The notes beneath the pieces are model-generated. The model did not search any database. It saw only the letters and a program-made list of their open reading frames with translations, and was not told the origin of the DNA. 64,000 bases of DNA, from NCBI RefSeq assembly GCF_009914755.1, contig NC_060939.1; one strand, given 5' to 3'. Positions 29,690 through 41,526 of the stretch are shown one piece after another (position 1 is the stretch's first letter; every line of letters starts with the position of its first letter). The DNA is from the human T2T-CHM13v2.0 reference genome, Homo sapiens. The position numbers and the translations under genes were made by a program.

Positions 29690-32600
29690 CAGAAGAATTG
29701 AGGAACTTTATTAACAATAAGATGTTTAGTTTAGACACCAAAAAGTCTGTGCCTAGAAATAAAGGGGGTACCCTAGACGTCCTTTAATGAAGCTTGAACC
29801 AAGCAATAACAAGATCAAGGAGAACCATCAGTAAATTAACTGTTTGTCAGAAGAATTCAAAGAGCTTCTTAAAAAGATAATATAGTGCAGACTCTTTACA
29901 TTGTAAGGAGTTATAATAAGAACTTATTAGACATTCTAAGATGTAGAAAAATGTTACCCATGATTACAAAGAAAGAAGGATTAATAAAAAGCAAAGAGAA
30001 GTCTATTGCTGACTCAGTAGGCATGGACTTTAACAACAGCTATTATAACAATGAAGACTTAAAGGATAATATGATTTTAATTAATGAATAGATGGGTTAT
30101 CTCATCACAGAAAGTATATAAAAAGAAATTCTAGAGTGAAATGTATAATATCTTGATTGAAAAATTCACTAACTAGACTTAAGAGCAGATTGAAGATGGC
30201 AGAAATAAAAGTTTATATAAAATTGAAGACCACCAGATGAAATTTATCTAATCTGAAGATCAAAGGAATAAAAGATTAAAAAGAAAGAAGTCCCAGTGAC
30301 CTGTGATACAATATGAATATGCATAACATAACTATAACTGACTATAACTGAGGTGATAGTTAAAAGCAGAATAAGAAGAGAAAAAGAATGAGGACAAATA
30401 TTTTTGAAAACAAGTGGTTAAGAAATTCCAATGTTTGGTGAAAAACATCAGCCTACAAATTCAAATAGCTTAGTGAGATACAAGTAAGATAAATACGAAG
30501 AAAACCATCATAGTCCAAATGATGACAATCAAAAATAAAGAGAATACTTGAAAGTAGATAAATAAAAATGTCCTGTCATGTGGATGAGCAAAAATATGAC
30601 TGACTGATTCTTCATGTGCAATAATGGAGACCAGAAGATAGTCAGTTGCCATCTTTAAAGTACTGAAATTCTATATCCAGAGAAAATATACTTCAAAAAT
30701 TTCATCAGAATGAAGATTTTTTTAGATAAACAAAATCTGTGCTAATTTATCACAGAAAATCTAAAACCATAGTGAAAATTCTAAAGCAAGCTAATTAGGT
30801 TAATAGAAATAATCAATAGAAAAATGGATTTACAAGAAGTAATGAAAAACATCAGAAATGGTAAGTGTGCGGTGAAGTTTAAAAAAAACTAGTTTTCTAT
30901 TTTTATTCTTTCAATTAAAGTGAAAATAATAATATTGCAAGATGGGACTTATGACATCAGAAAAAATAAAATGTAAGCCATAAATAGCAATGAGGTTGGG
31001 GGACATATGGAACTATGTTCCTATGTGGTATAAAAATGGGTGAAGTAATTCTAAAAAAATTCTAAGTAGATATATTAAGAAATCTTATTGTAATCTGTTA
31101 AAAATGTATGAAAATATAGTAAAAAGCATAGCTAAGAATTCAATGTAGAAATAAATAGGAGCATATAATAATAATAAAAGGGTAAATTCAACAGAAAGAC
31201 AAAACATTCATAAATGTGCCTGTGCCTAGTATTAGAGCTTCATATTAAAAGCAACAAAAACTGAGAAGAGGATAAATTTTTAAAATCAATCACAGTTTGA
31301 TATTTAAATATACTTCTATCAGCAGTGTACACAAACAAGCACATTTGTCCACTTATTTAAGTGATTAAACCAGTCAACAACCAAAAAGCCAGTAAAGGAA
31401 TGGAGGATCTGAACACCAATATCAATGTCCTTGAGCTATTGGATATTACAGAACTCTGCACCTAATAATTACATCATGAAAGTGAATTTCAATATCCACC
31501 TCCTGCCATACACAAAAAATTACTTAAAATGGATTATACTCAAATGGTAAAACTAGAAATGTTAAATTTCTAGAAAAATGTTAGGATTATATTAGATTAG
31601 ATAAAGATTTCTCAGACCAGAAAGTGAATCTTAGGTGAGGAAAACTTTAAAACATTTCTGACATGAAAACACACTTGAATAGATATTTCATGTTATTAGA
31701 TAAAAAGAAACATCATGAAGATTTGTGGTTTTGTATTTATATAAAATAAATACATTTTTACAATGAATAGCATCTTTCTCCTCTTTTTATGCATTTGATA
31801 TGCAGAAATTTTAATTTAATTTATTAGTCTTTATATTAATATTTTTGTTCTAAATATGTTGTAAATATGACTACTTTAAAGATTTTCTATATAATATTTT
31901 AGTCTGATAAAATTATACCAGAAATGTCCAGGATACAATAAAATATCACTCATCATATCAAAAAGAAAATGCCAAAATCAAGATGACACAGTTGTTAGAA
32001 TTATCTGACTAGGATTTTAAAATAATCAGTCATAAATGTGCTTCAATGAGCGAATGCACACATGCTTCAACTAAATGAAAAAATAGAAAAGCTCCACAAA
32101 GAAATAGAGGATATAAAGAAGAACTCAATGAAATTTTTAGAACTGAAAAATACAATGCCAAAATGAAAAACTCACTGGATGTGCTTAACAAAAGAAGATA
32201 AGACAGAGGAAAGAATCAGTGAACCATGAGATAGAACAACAAAAATTTACCAATCTGAGCAACAGAGAGGGAATATATTGAAAAAAATAATAATCAACTG
32301 AGTTTAGGGATATCTTCAAATGTTGACACAAATATTGGAGAGGGAAATGATCCAACATTTGTGTCACTGGAGTTCCAGAAAAAGAGAAATAGAATGGGGC
32401 TAAAAAAAATATTCAAAGAAACAATGGATAAAAAATACTCAAATTTGCCAAAAGGCATAAATCTAGAGATCCAAGAAGCTGAATTAATCCCAAATAGGTT
32501 AAATCCAAAGAATGTTAGGTAAAGACACATCATAATCAAACTCTTAAAAACTGAAGAAAAATTATTAAGAGTAGCAAAGAAATGTCACCTTGCCTATATA

Positions 32601-33660
32601 GAAAAAACAAATTGAATGACAATGGATTTCTCATCCAAACCATGGAGGCAAGGAGGAAGTAGCACAGCATTTTTTAATGCTGAATGGAAATAATAGTCAA
32701 CCCAGAATTCTATACCCAATGAGAGTATCATTTAAGAATAAAGGAGAAATCCATTCTCGGACAAAGAAGAACAAAGAGAATTTGTCACTAGCAGATGTCC
32801 CCTAAAATGATGGCTAATGGAATTTCTTGAAATAGAAAATGATGAGAAGAAATTTTTAACAAAAGAAATAAAGAAAAAATACAAAAAGTGAAAATATGGG
32901 CAAGTAAAATGGACTTTCCTTTGCCTTTTGAGTTTTCTAAATTACTTATAATGGTTGAAGCAAAAAATCATAATGCTACTTGATGTAATTACTAAACTAA
33001 TTAAAGGAAATATTTAAGACAATTATATTAAAATCAAGGAAGAGTAAGGGGAAATAAAGTTTCTACATTTCAGTCACATTGGTAAAATGTTAAATATGCT
33101 AAATTATGTATTTATAATACTGGAGGAACCACTAAAAAGGCTACAAAGAGTGACACGCCTCAAAAACACTGTAGGTAAAGCAAAATCAAGTTCTAAAATA
33201 TGTTGAGATAACCCATGGGAAGGCAGGAAAAAGAAAACAATATATTATAAAGGAACAAACAAACAGGAAACACAATATAAAATGGGATAGTTACATCTTA
33301 AATATTAATAACTACATTCAATGTAAATTGCTGGAACGTACCAGTAAAAAAGCAGAAATTAGCAGAGAGGATTAAAAAAATAAAGCATGATCCAACTACA
33401 ATGTGTCTCCAAGAAAGTCACTTGAAATAGGATGACATTATTACACTGACATGAATGTTCATGTAATCACCAGGAACTGGAAAGAACCAAAATATCCCGC
33501 AACAAGTGAAAGGCTAACGAAACTATGGAACACCCAAACCATGAAATACTACTCAGCAGTAGGAAAGAACAAACTATCGATGAAGCAGCAGTTTAAATGT
33601 GTCAAGGGCATTGTGCTGAATGAAAAAAAAACAAAGCCAATATCAAAATGTGTTATTTTA
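29690..33660 (+). mobile_element. Two or more old L1 (L1M) fragments, sense, filling about half of intron 7
   Basis: A-rich ORF1-like regions (ggatttctcatccaaaccatggaggcaaggagg; cccagaattctataccc) and ORF2 C-terminal remnant WKEPKYP (33451-33672). Confidence 0.85.
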
Positions 33661-34176
33661 GTTTGTGTTTAAATTAGGAGGTTTACTTCTGACTGCAGTA
33701 AGATGCCAGGATTTATATTCACTCATCCCTCCAAAGTCAAGAAGAAAGTTGTTCTAGGATTCTGTGAGACCAGAATCATCCCCAAAGCATCCTATATGTA
33801 CTAGACTCAGCTGAGATAACCTTCCTGAAGTCCTTTGTGCTTTCCCCAAAGAGGAAGTCATGCCAACAGGTGTTTTTGCAGAGCACTCTTCTTTACTAGG
33901 TAGCTTAGATCCCTGAACTAAATAGAAATGCCTAAGGTTTATTTTTCTTCAGCAGGGTGAAGTTTCAGGGTGGGGGTGGAAGTGGGGAGGATAAAGCACA
34001 CGGCCATTGCCTACATCTGGAATACAGGCCACTCATGACAACTGATGGACAAGGTCTATGGAAATTACAGACACAAACAGTTTGTATTTCTATTGAAATA
34101 GAAGCTAAGATTTTGAACTTCTTCTTAGACATGATGTGGTCACATTTTTAAAAGCTGAATTGGATGTTTATTAAAA

Positions 34177-34410
34177 GAGGATAATGGCTTCCAGCTTCAT
34201 CCATGTCCCTGCAAAGGACATGATCTCATTCTTTTTTTGGCTGCATAGTATTCCCTGGGGGAGAACATTAGGGAAAAGAGCTAATGCATGCTGGGCTTAA
34301 TACCTAGGTGATGGGTTGATAGGTGCAGCAAACCACCATGGCACATGTTTATGTAATAAACATGTACATTCTGCACATGTTCCATAGAACTTAAAAAAGT
34401 AAATAAAATA
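34177..34410 (+). mobile_element. Short 5'-inverted L1 (older L1PA-type) 3' end
   Basis: 34177-34254 is antisense L1 3' sequence (ccagcttcatccatgtccctgcaaaggacatg) joined directly to the sense terminal segment and A-rich tail. Confidence 0.88.
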
Positions 34411-35875
34411 ATTTTTTTCTAAAGAGCTTTTTCCATAAAACTACATCTGACATAAGTATAGACTTTTCCAGTTTACATAGCGTTTTTACATGAAATTTTA
34501 CCACCTATATTAAAGAGTGCCTGGCATTCTATTTTCACTGCACAAGTTAAGGAAACTGATTCAAAGATGGTAAGTGACTCCTCATGGCCAAATGCTGAGA
34601 AGGCCCAGAGCAAGGTGGAGGGCTTGGATTTTCAGGTGATACTCTTTACACCTCTACAAGCTGTCCACCCCATGCTTTGAGACCCATTCTCCACCTGGCC
34701 CTGGCAGAACTGCCTTGAGTAGATGCAGGGAGGAATTAAACAGAGGCCGTGATGCTGCAGCAAAGGTGGAAAGTAATGTGTCCTCATCTGTCCTGTGTAC
34801 CTACTCTCTGACTAGTACTGCGATGCAGATATTTTACTGTAGTCCCATTGAGCTACAGAGGTGGTGACTGTTAAAATTCAGATTCCTGTGATTCTGGGGC
34901 CCATGAATCTGGGGTCACTAACCTTCCCTGTCTAGTAGTCCTGACAGGTCCTGATTTCTTGGGAAGACTCGGGAGAGTCAGTCTTAGCCTGTTTCACATG
35001 ATAATCACTCTTCTTCATTTTATTCTTATGTTCAATAGTCTCCATGTCTTTTTTCATGTTTTCCCTTCTAAGCTATCCATCTCGTGTGTGTCTGTGTCTC
35101 TTTTCTGAATGTTTTCCACAATATTTGCTTAAACATCCAGTGTTGACCCATGCATATAAAATAGTCTAAGTCAAACCAACATTGAGTATTACCAATTAAT
35201 TGATTCATTCGATGCAAATCATTCATTTAAATGCCTCAAATGTGCTAGCGTCTGTGCTGGGGGACAAGCAAACAAAGACAAGTAAGGGACTGTTTTTGTC
35301 TTAAAGACCACACAATCTATCTAGGAGACAGGTATGTAAAGACATATGCGATTCCCTGTGATAATGAAAACAAAAAAAGCTGAGATAGTAGAAGGTACAG
35401 GGATACTGCAGATGTGCATGTTGTCAGCTCTGCGTGGAAGGCAAGAGTGGTGCTGGAGCCGGGTCTTCAAGAATAGTGAGGGTTTTCAAACTGGGGAGGT
35501 GAGGAGAAGTCAGAAATAAAAGGATTTAGCTGGGCAGAAATGTGAGGTGTGGAACAGCACGGAACATATAGGACTGCCAAAAAGAGCGTCTACGTTAAAA
35601 ATTACCAACAATGAGCGAATTACTGAATGAATTGAAAGGTGTTGATTTGATTCAGGCACTTTAATGTTATTGTGAAGACTATAATAAGAAATTTCATTGA
35701 AACATTGCTTATAAAATTGTATGGACATTAAAATTCAAAGTAACATTACATGAGGTATGCAGCATCAGGGATTCCTGTAAGGCAGCCGTGCTGGGGTGGA
35801 GGGATGTGGGTGACCGTCTGGGATTCCTGTTGCGTGTTGCACCCTTTTACAACATGCTACCCGTCCCCTGTTCAG

Positions 35876-36072
35876 GCATCACCACGGTGCTGACCATGAC
35901 CACCCTGAGCACCATCGCCAGGAAGTCCTTGCCACGCGTGTCCTACGTGACCGCCATGGACCTTTTTGTGACCGTGTGCTTCCTGTTTGTCTTCGCCGCG
36001 CTGATGGAGTATGCCACCCTCAACTACTATTCCAGCTGTAGAAAACCAACCACCACGAAGAAGACAACATCG
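35876..36072 (+). CDS. GABRG3: GABRG3 coding exon (exon 8): M2, M3, start of M3-M4 loop
   Basis: Acceptor cccctgttcag|GC and donor TCG|gtgagc; 197 nt; phase matches the previous exon (G|GC). Encodes [65 protein letters not shown]. Confidence 0.98.
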
Positions 36073-36375
36073 GTGAGCTGCAGTAGCAAAGGTTCTCCGG
36101 GAGGTAATGGGGGCGCTGTTTGAGATGAGTGTGTACTTAAATGCAGTTGTATTCCTAAGGATCGTACAAAGCATGATACAAATACCCAGTTCAACAAGAC
36201 TTTTCAAAACCAGACAGGGATTCTGAAGATGTGAATGTGACTCTAAGACATCTCTGGTGTCACCTACCGGTGACGTGGCTTGGTTTAGTCATACCCTAAA
36301 GATTGCTCTTAAGAGTGATCTTGGATGCAAATGTTCATGACAGTTTCCTAGTTATTTTTTCTTCTTTTCTTGTAG

Positions 36376-36435
36376 TTACTACATCCAGATTCCTCAAGAT
36401 GGATTCCTGAGCGAATAAGCCTACAAGCCCCTTCC
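36376..36435 (+). CDS. GABRG3: GABRG3 60-nt coding exon (exon 9), intracellular loop
   Basis: Strong polypyrimidine tract ttttttcttcttttcttgtag| and donor TCC|gtacgt; phase 0-0. Encodes LLHPDSSRWIPERISLQAPS, matching the gamma-3 loop as I recall it. Not in the ORF track. Confidence 0.95.
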
Positions 36436-37907
36436 GTACGTATAGCATTGCAGGTGCCAATATTTCTGAGAACTTTCACTAAACTAAGATTGCATTTGAA
36501 AGATAGATTGCTGTTGATGCATGCATGTATTGAAGACCAATGAGTGATGCACATGCTGACTTCAAAAATGTGTTTAGTATTAGGTTAAAAATCCAACTTT
36601 GACAATTTGGAAATTAGAGGAGAAAAGTAATCATAATCCTTCTACATGGGGATTAGTGTATGGCATATATAGTTCTGACTCTTTTAGCCATTCAAATAAT
36701 ATAGGTTCATGCATTTTAGCAAAACTGAATTATGATCTTTATATTGTTTTATAGCCTCTTTTATAACTCAAAAATATGTACTTATATGTACTTAAGTTTT
36801 GTGCCACAAATATTATTTTATAGGATCATTTTAATGACCATATCATATGCTCATGATTGATGCACAAGCAATCTTGGCAGGACACTGGGCTTATCCACAT
36901 TTTTCACTTGCATTTACATTCTTTTCACTACCAATTTGTATATACCTGTGACTATTTATTTGGTTATAAATTCCTAGGAGCAGAATGTTTGGGCAGAGGC
37001 GTTGCATGGTCTTTGCCAAATAGCACTCCACCAGCTCCATCAGCAATGCCAGACACCTCATCCCGAACTTTCCCTGCATTCAGTTTGGTAGTCACGCAGG
37101 AAAATGAGCTCTGCAAACTTTTCCCATTGGCATTTCTTTGACTATTGACAATATTGTCACTCGTTTATTTTTGATTTGCATTTCCATTTTTGGGAATTGC
37201 TTTTAAATATTTTTTAACTTTCATTAGTATTTTAAGGTAGCAATCTGACAGTGGTGTATATGTTACATATTATATAAATTGTATTTTATAAAATATATAA
37301 TTTATATAGTCACATATAGGATATATTCATGATATTAATGTTTGTCATGTGGTTTTTATTCCAACTTGAATTGGCAACATTGCCACTATCCTATTTTGTG
37401 CCTTTCTCTATGTGTATTATTTTGTTTCATGTGGTCAAATCTGTTAGTGTTTTCTTTTGTAGTTTCTGCTTCTTGTGTTCTGCTTTGGAAGGTCCTTCCT
37501 ACCCTCAAAATGACATGACCACCCTCACTTTCTTTTGAGCACTATGCTTGACATTATGTTCTCTGTGTTTTCATGTATCAACTCACTTTATTCTCACAAC
37601 AAACCTTTCTACAAATGAGGAAATTAAAGTGTGGATAAATTAAGCCCTATAAATATTGACCAAGGTTTGACAATTTAAAAACAAATTTGTTACATTTAAC
37701 TATTAACAAGTCCGAATTTCTTTTGGCTAGAGGGTAGAGTGTAGCTTTACTGAAAAATCGAGAAACATATTTTTAAATTAATGATGTGAACAACTTTTAT
37801 CATATAACAACTTTTATTTACAATAATGACTTTTATTCCTTTATACATATGTATACTAATTACAATTTACTAATTAAATCGAATGTTTCAAGCCCCCCCA
37901 TAAGCCG

Positions 37908-37993
37908 CAGGTGGTTTCCTACTTGCTAATCAGGACCTCATATGCAGTGCCAGGTGGTTTGCTACTTGTTAATCGGGACCTCATATGCAGCGC
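37908..37993. repeat. Tandem duplication, 43 bp x 2
   Basis: caggtggttt(c/g)ctacttg(c/t)taatc(a/g)ggacctcatatgcag(t/c)gc at 37908 and 37951. Confidence 0.92.
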
Positions 37994-40741
37994 ACTTCCA
38001 GCCCATTGTCAGGAGACTACATAGTTATCTGCACTCTGCAAGTGTGGATCGTGATAGTTCTTCCAGAACGTTAGTGGGCAAATCACTGTTACAGCTGCGG
38101 GGAGCTACAGAGAACATAACAGATTTTGCCAACAAATGCTTCCAAGTGGCGTGGGACCAAAACAGAGGGGAGAGGGGAAGGGTGCACATCATCACACATA
38201 GCCAGCACCTGGGTGTTGAAAGAAGGAGAGAAACATTGACCTCTTTAGTACAGAAATGATGCTGCCAAAAGAAGAAAAAAATCCTTTAACACAGACAGAA
38301 AAAGATATTATCACAAAATGAGCAGAAAATTAAAAAAAAAAAAAAAAGAGAAAGTGGGAAAGTTTAATGACCTTAAAGGAAGTACAAAGAAAAATAATTC
38401 ACAGACAGAAAGGGTGCCAGGCCTGGTGAGAAGACACAACCAGAGAGACCTGTAGCAAGAATAATGCTAAGCCAAAGAAAAAGGAAGTCTGTCCTCCGGT
38501 CTGCAGCCTTATGCTAGTGAAGGAGCCACCGTTACCAATAGAAAGAAGCAGAAATTGGCAGCCTCTGAGTAATGAGGGACAGGGGCCAGACTCCGTGAAC
38601 TGTCACATGTGTGGCCTGGGGCAAGCTGTTCCAATTGCTCTGTGCCCCTTTCCTAACATGTCAAATGCAAGGCTGAGGAACTTCACATGTGCCCAGGAAG
38701 CACGGTGCTCTGGGACACTCACGGGGCTGCGCTATACACACACACAAAAGAGGAGGGAGTCAGGGACCCAGCTGGGCCAAAGAGGACTTTGGGAATCGTT
38801 AATTAAAATCTCTATCTTGGGTACAGTTTGAAATTTTCATGACAAATGAAAAGGAGGCAAGTAAAGAAGTTCTTAAGCTGTTTAGGGCTCTTAACATCTT
38901 ACGTTTTGCTTCAGTCTTATAAAATGGAATTTGTTTCATTTCGAAGCAGTGAACTATGAAGACATAATAAGAGCTATTTTCAATATTGTAAATATGATAT
39001 CCAGGTGTTTTTTGGCTCCCTAAATGAAGTGAAATGGAGGTTTCTCTTGCTCCAGAAGCCATCCTGCTGCCCTGCCTGTGGCCTCCAAGGGTTGCCCTTT
39101 AGATCTCTGGTGAGCCATCCCCGCATCAGCAGAGCCTTCTGCCTCCCCGTCTAAGTCAGAATCTTCCTGTGTGGCTGCCTTACCTTGCAAATGGCCAGAC
39201 TTCTCCTCTGTGTCTCCGGTAGCTCCCAGTTCCATCCACATAGCAAGGGACTACACAGAGGCATGAAGCAACGAGTGGATGAATGTCTGGCTGATCACTG
39301 TCAAAGCACACGTGTAGGAAACCTTTATTGCAATTGTTTGTTAATAAAGGCAGATCTTTCAACCGGAGGTTGTCAAAAGGAGGCAGATCCCTTCAATGCA
39401 GTGGGGTAGAGGAAGGGAACTGCTATGTTTTAGCAAATGCTTGGCGATGTTTACACCCACTCGGGACAAAGAACATTAACCTAGAAGAGATGTGTCCACA
39501 TTAGGCCCATAGACACAGCGGGACTTTTATTTCTGCCTACTCATCAGGATTGTGGAGGAGGAGGAGGGTGGGCAGCCGCACCGTGAGGCCCCAATGGTAG
39601 CAGAGGGAGATGGCCACACGTGTGAGGAGCAAGCAACACCCTGTGAACATGTGGTCCAGGCCATCCTGCTAATTTAGGTCTGTCCTCACACACAGATGCT
39701 TCGCATTTACAAGAACGCACCAAAGGCTGCAAGTCCTGAATCTGAGTGCCTGATCAACACTTCCACCCCTCCCCGATTTATGACCCCATGACTATGAGCA
39801 TGTCCAATCAAATTGAGGCCCAAAAGTAGGAGGGAAAGCAGTGCCATGTCTTCTTGGAATCGTATTTTTGGATGAAAGTATAAGAGGTTGTTACGATGCT
39901 TTCTAATGAATTCTGAATGGCCTCTGTCCCAGCAGTGTGCCACACCCAGGCAAAGGCCCTTGCCAGGAAGCCCACTGAGAAGGGTTCCCTCTCCACCTCC
40001 TCCTTGGTGTCACCCTCCATGGCTGCCATTGGCATCCCATCTCAGATCAACCAGCACAGATGAAACCAAAGCAGAAAGGCAAACATGCTTTTTAGTTCCC
40101 TTCCATTATTCAGTCCAATTTAGAAACGTATCCCCTTAACAGAATTCAATGTAGTGCACACTTCATAGTTTTTTAGAAGAGCTCAGCCTCTGTCTGAAGA
40201 ATTGACAAGTCTATTTGCAGCCATGTCTCAGGGTTAGGAATGATTCTTCTCATTTAGGAGTGAATAGTATGTTGTTCTCTCTCCTTTATCTGCCCCACTT
40301 GGACTTTTCCACTGCAGGAGGAGGGCTTGGGAGGTAGAAAAGCAAGCATTGTAGGTGGGCACATTTTTGGTTATGCTTCTTGAGATGGTAAGCGGTGTCC
40401 AGCCACCTCACACTGAAAGCTCACTGTCACCAGAATCACATGGGACATGAGGATCCTCTCATCATTCCTGCAAGTCATAGCTTTTACTCTTCACTAATTA
40501 GAAAAAAGTAACATATTTGTCTCTCCCCACTTCAATATACATACTGTTTCACATTTAAGGGATAAATATATGTCCATACTTACTACAAAACCACAGAAAA
40601 GTAGGCAGAATAGGGACTTCAAATGACTAATACACATTTGAAAATATGCTTAACCTTCTTCATTAATAATCCGGGAAATACAAGATTTGAAACTGCAATG
40701 CAATTTTCCTTGCATTAGAATTGCAAGGATTGAAAAGACCA

Positions 40742-40885
40742 GGGGTCTCCTCTCTCAGCTTTGGAGTCCCCCTCCCTCTGCCTCTATACAGGGAAGCTTC
40801 CTCCTTTCTTCCTTCTTTCTTCTCTTCTTCCTTCCTTCTTGCCTATTAAACTCTCTGCTCCTTAAAACCAAAAAAAAAAAAAAAA
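40742..40885 (+). mobile_element. Retroposed, polyadenylated ERV-LTR-like fragment
   Basis: LTR-like sequence ending ATTAAA (40845-40850), 19 nt, then A20 (40870-40889); TSD aaaagacca at 40733 and 40886. Family not determined. Confidence 0.72.
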
Positions 40886-41041
40886 AAAAGACCAACTCTC
40901 TCCAGCATGGGGGGAAGGGCACACCCACGCATCCTCTTTATCTATAGGAGACAGATGTAATATGGACCTACTGCTTCATACACCTCAGGGTGTTTTTATT
41001 GCATTTTACAATGGTTGTTGTGTCATTTTTGTTGCTTGCAG

Positions 41042-41323
41042 AACTATTCCCTCCTGGACATGAGGCCACCACCAACTGCGATGATCACTTTAAACAATTC
41101 CGTTTACTGGCAGGAATTTGAAGATACCTGTGTCTATGAGTGTCTGGATGGCAAAGACTGTCAGAGCTTCTTCTGCTGCTATGAAGAATGTAAATCAGGA
41201 TCCTGGAGGAAAGGGCGTATTCACATAGACATCTTGGAGCTGGACTCGTACTCCCGGGTCTTTTTCCCCACGTCCTTCCTGCTCTTTAACCTGGTCTACT
41301 GGGTTGGATACCTGTATCTCTAA
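41042..41323 (+). CDS. GABRG3: GABRG3 last coding exon (exon 10): distal loop, M4, stop
   Basis: Acceptor tttttgttgcttgcag|AAC. Encodes [93 protein letters not shown] then TAA (41321-41323). [13 protein letters not shown] is the gamma-subunit signature. Confidence 0.98.
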   Translation, partial: NYSLLDMRPPPTAMITLNNSVYWQEFEDTCVYECLDGKDCQSFFCCYEECKSGSWRKGRIHIDILELDSYSRVFFPTSFLLFNLVYWVGYLYL

Positions 41324-41499
41324 GTGTTGCTCAGAGTGAAGAGTGAAGAGCATTTGGTACACACTTGACCTTCTGTCGTCCCCAGACCAGTAGTGACCAA
41401 TCGGGAGTAGCAAGGAAGGACACTGCCCAGTGTATCTTGTTATAAATGACCTTTCAGCAACACAGGAAGTACCCAGCAAAGGTTTCTATTATGTATTTT

Positions 41500-41526
41500 A
41501 CACACACACATACATACACACACACA
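41500..41526. repeat. Interrupted (CA)n microsatellite in the proximal 3' UTR
   Basis: acacacacacatacatacacacacaca. Confidence 0.85.

Noticed and set aside
36345-36375. Upstream AG at 36350-36351 that would extend the 60-nt exon by 24 nt
   Set aside because: The extension ends in an in-frame TAG and this AG has a much weaker pyrimidine tract than the canonical acceptor.
28568-41041. ORF-track extensions of GABRG3 exons into introns (28568-28677, 35788-35875, 36073-36123, 41015-41041)
   Set aside because: They are read-through past canonical GT/AG sites and have no Cys-loop receptor similarity.
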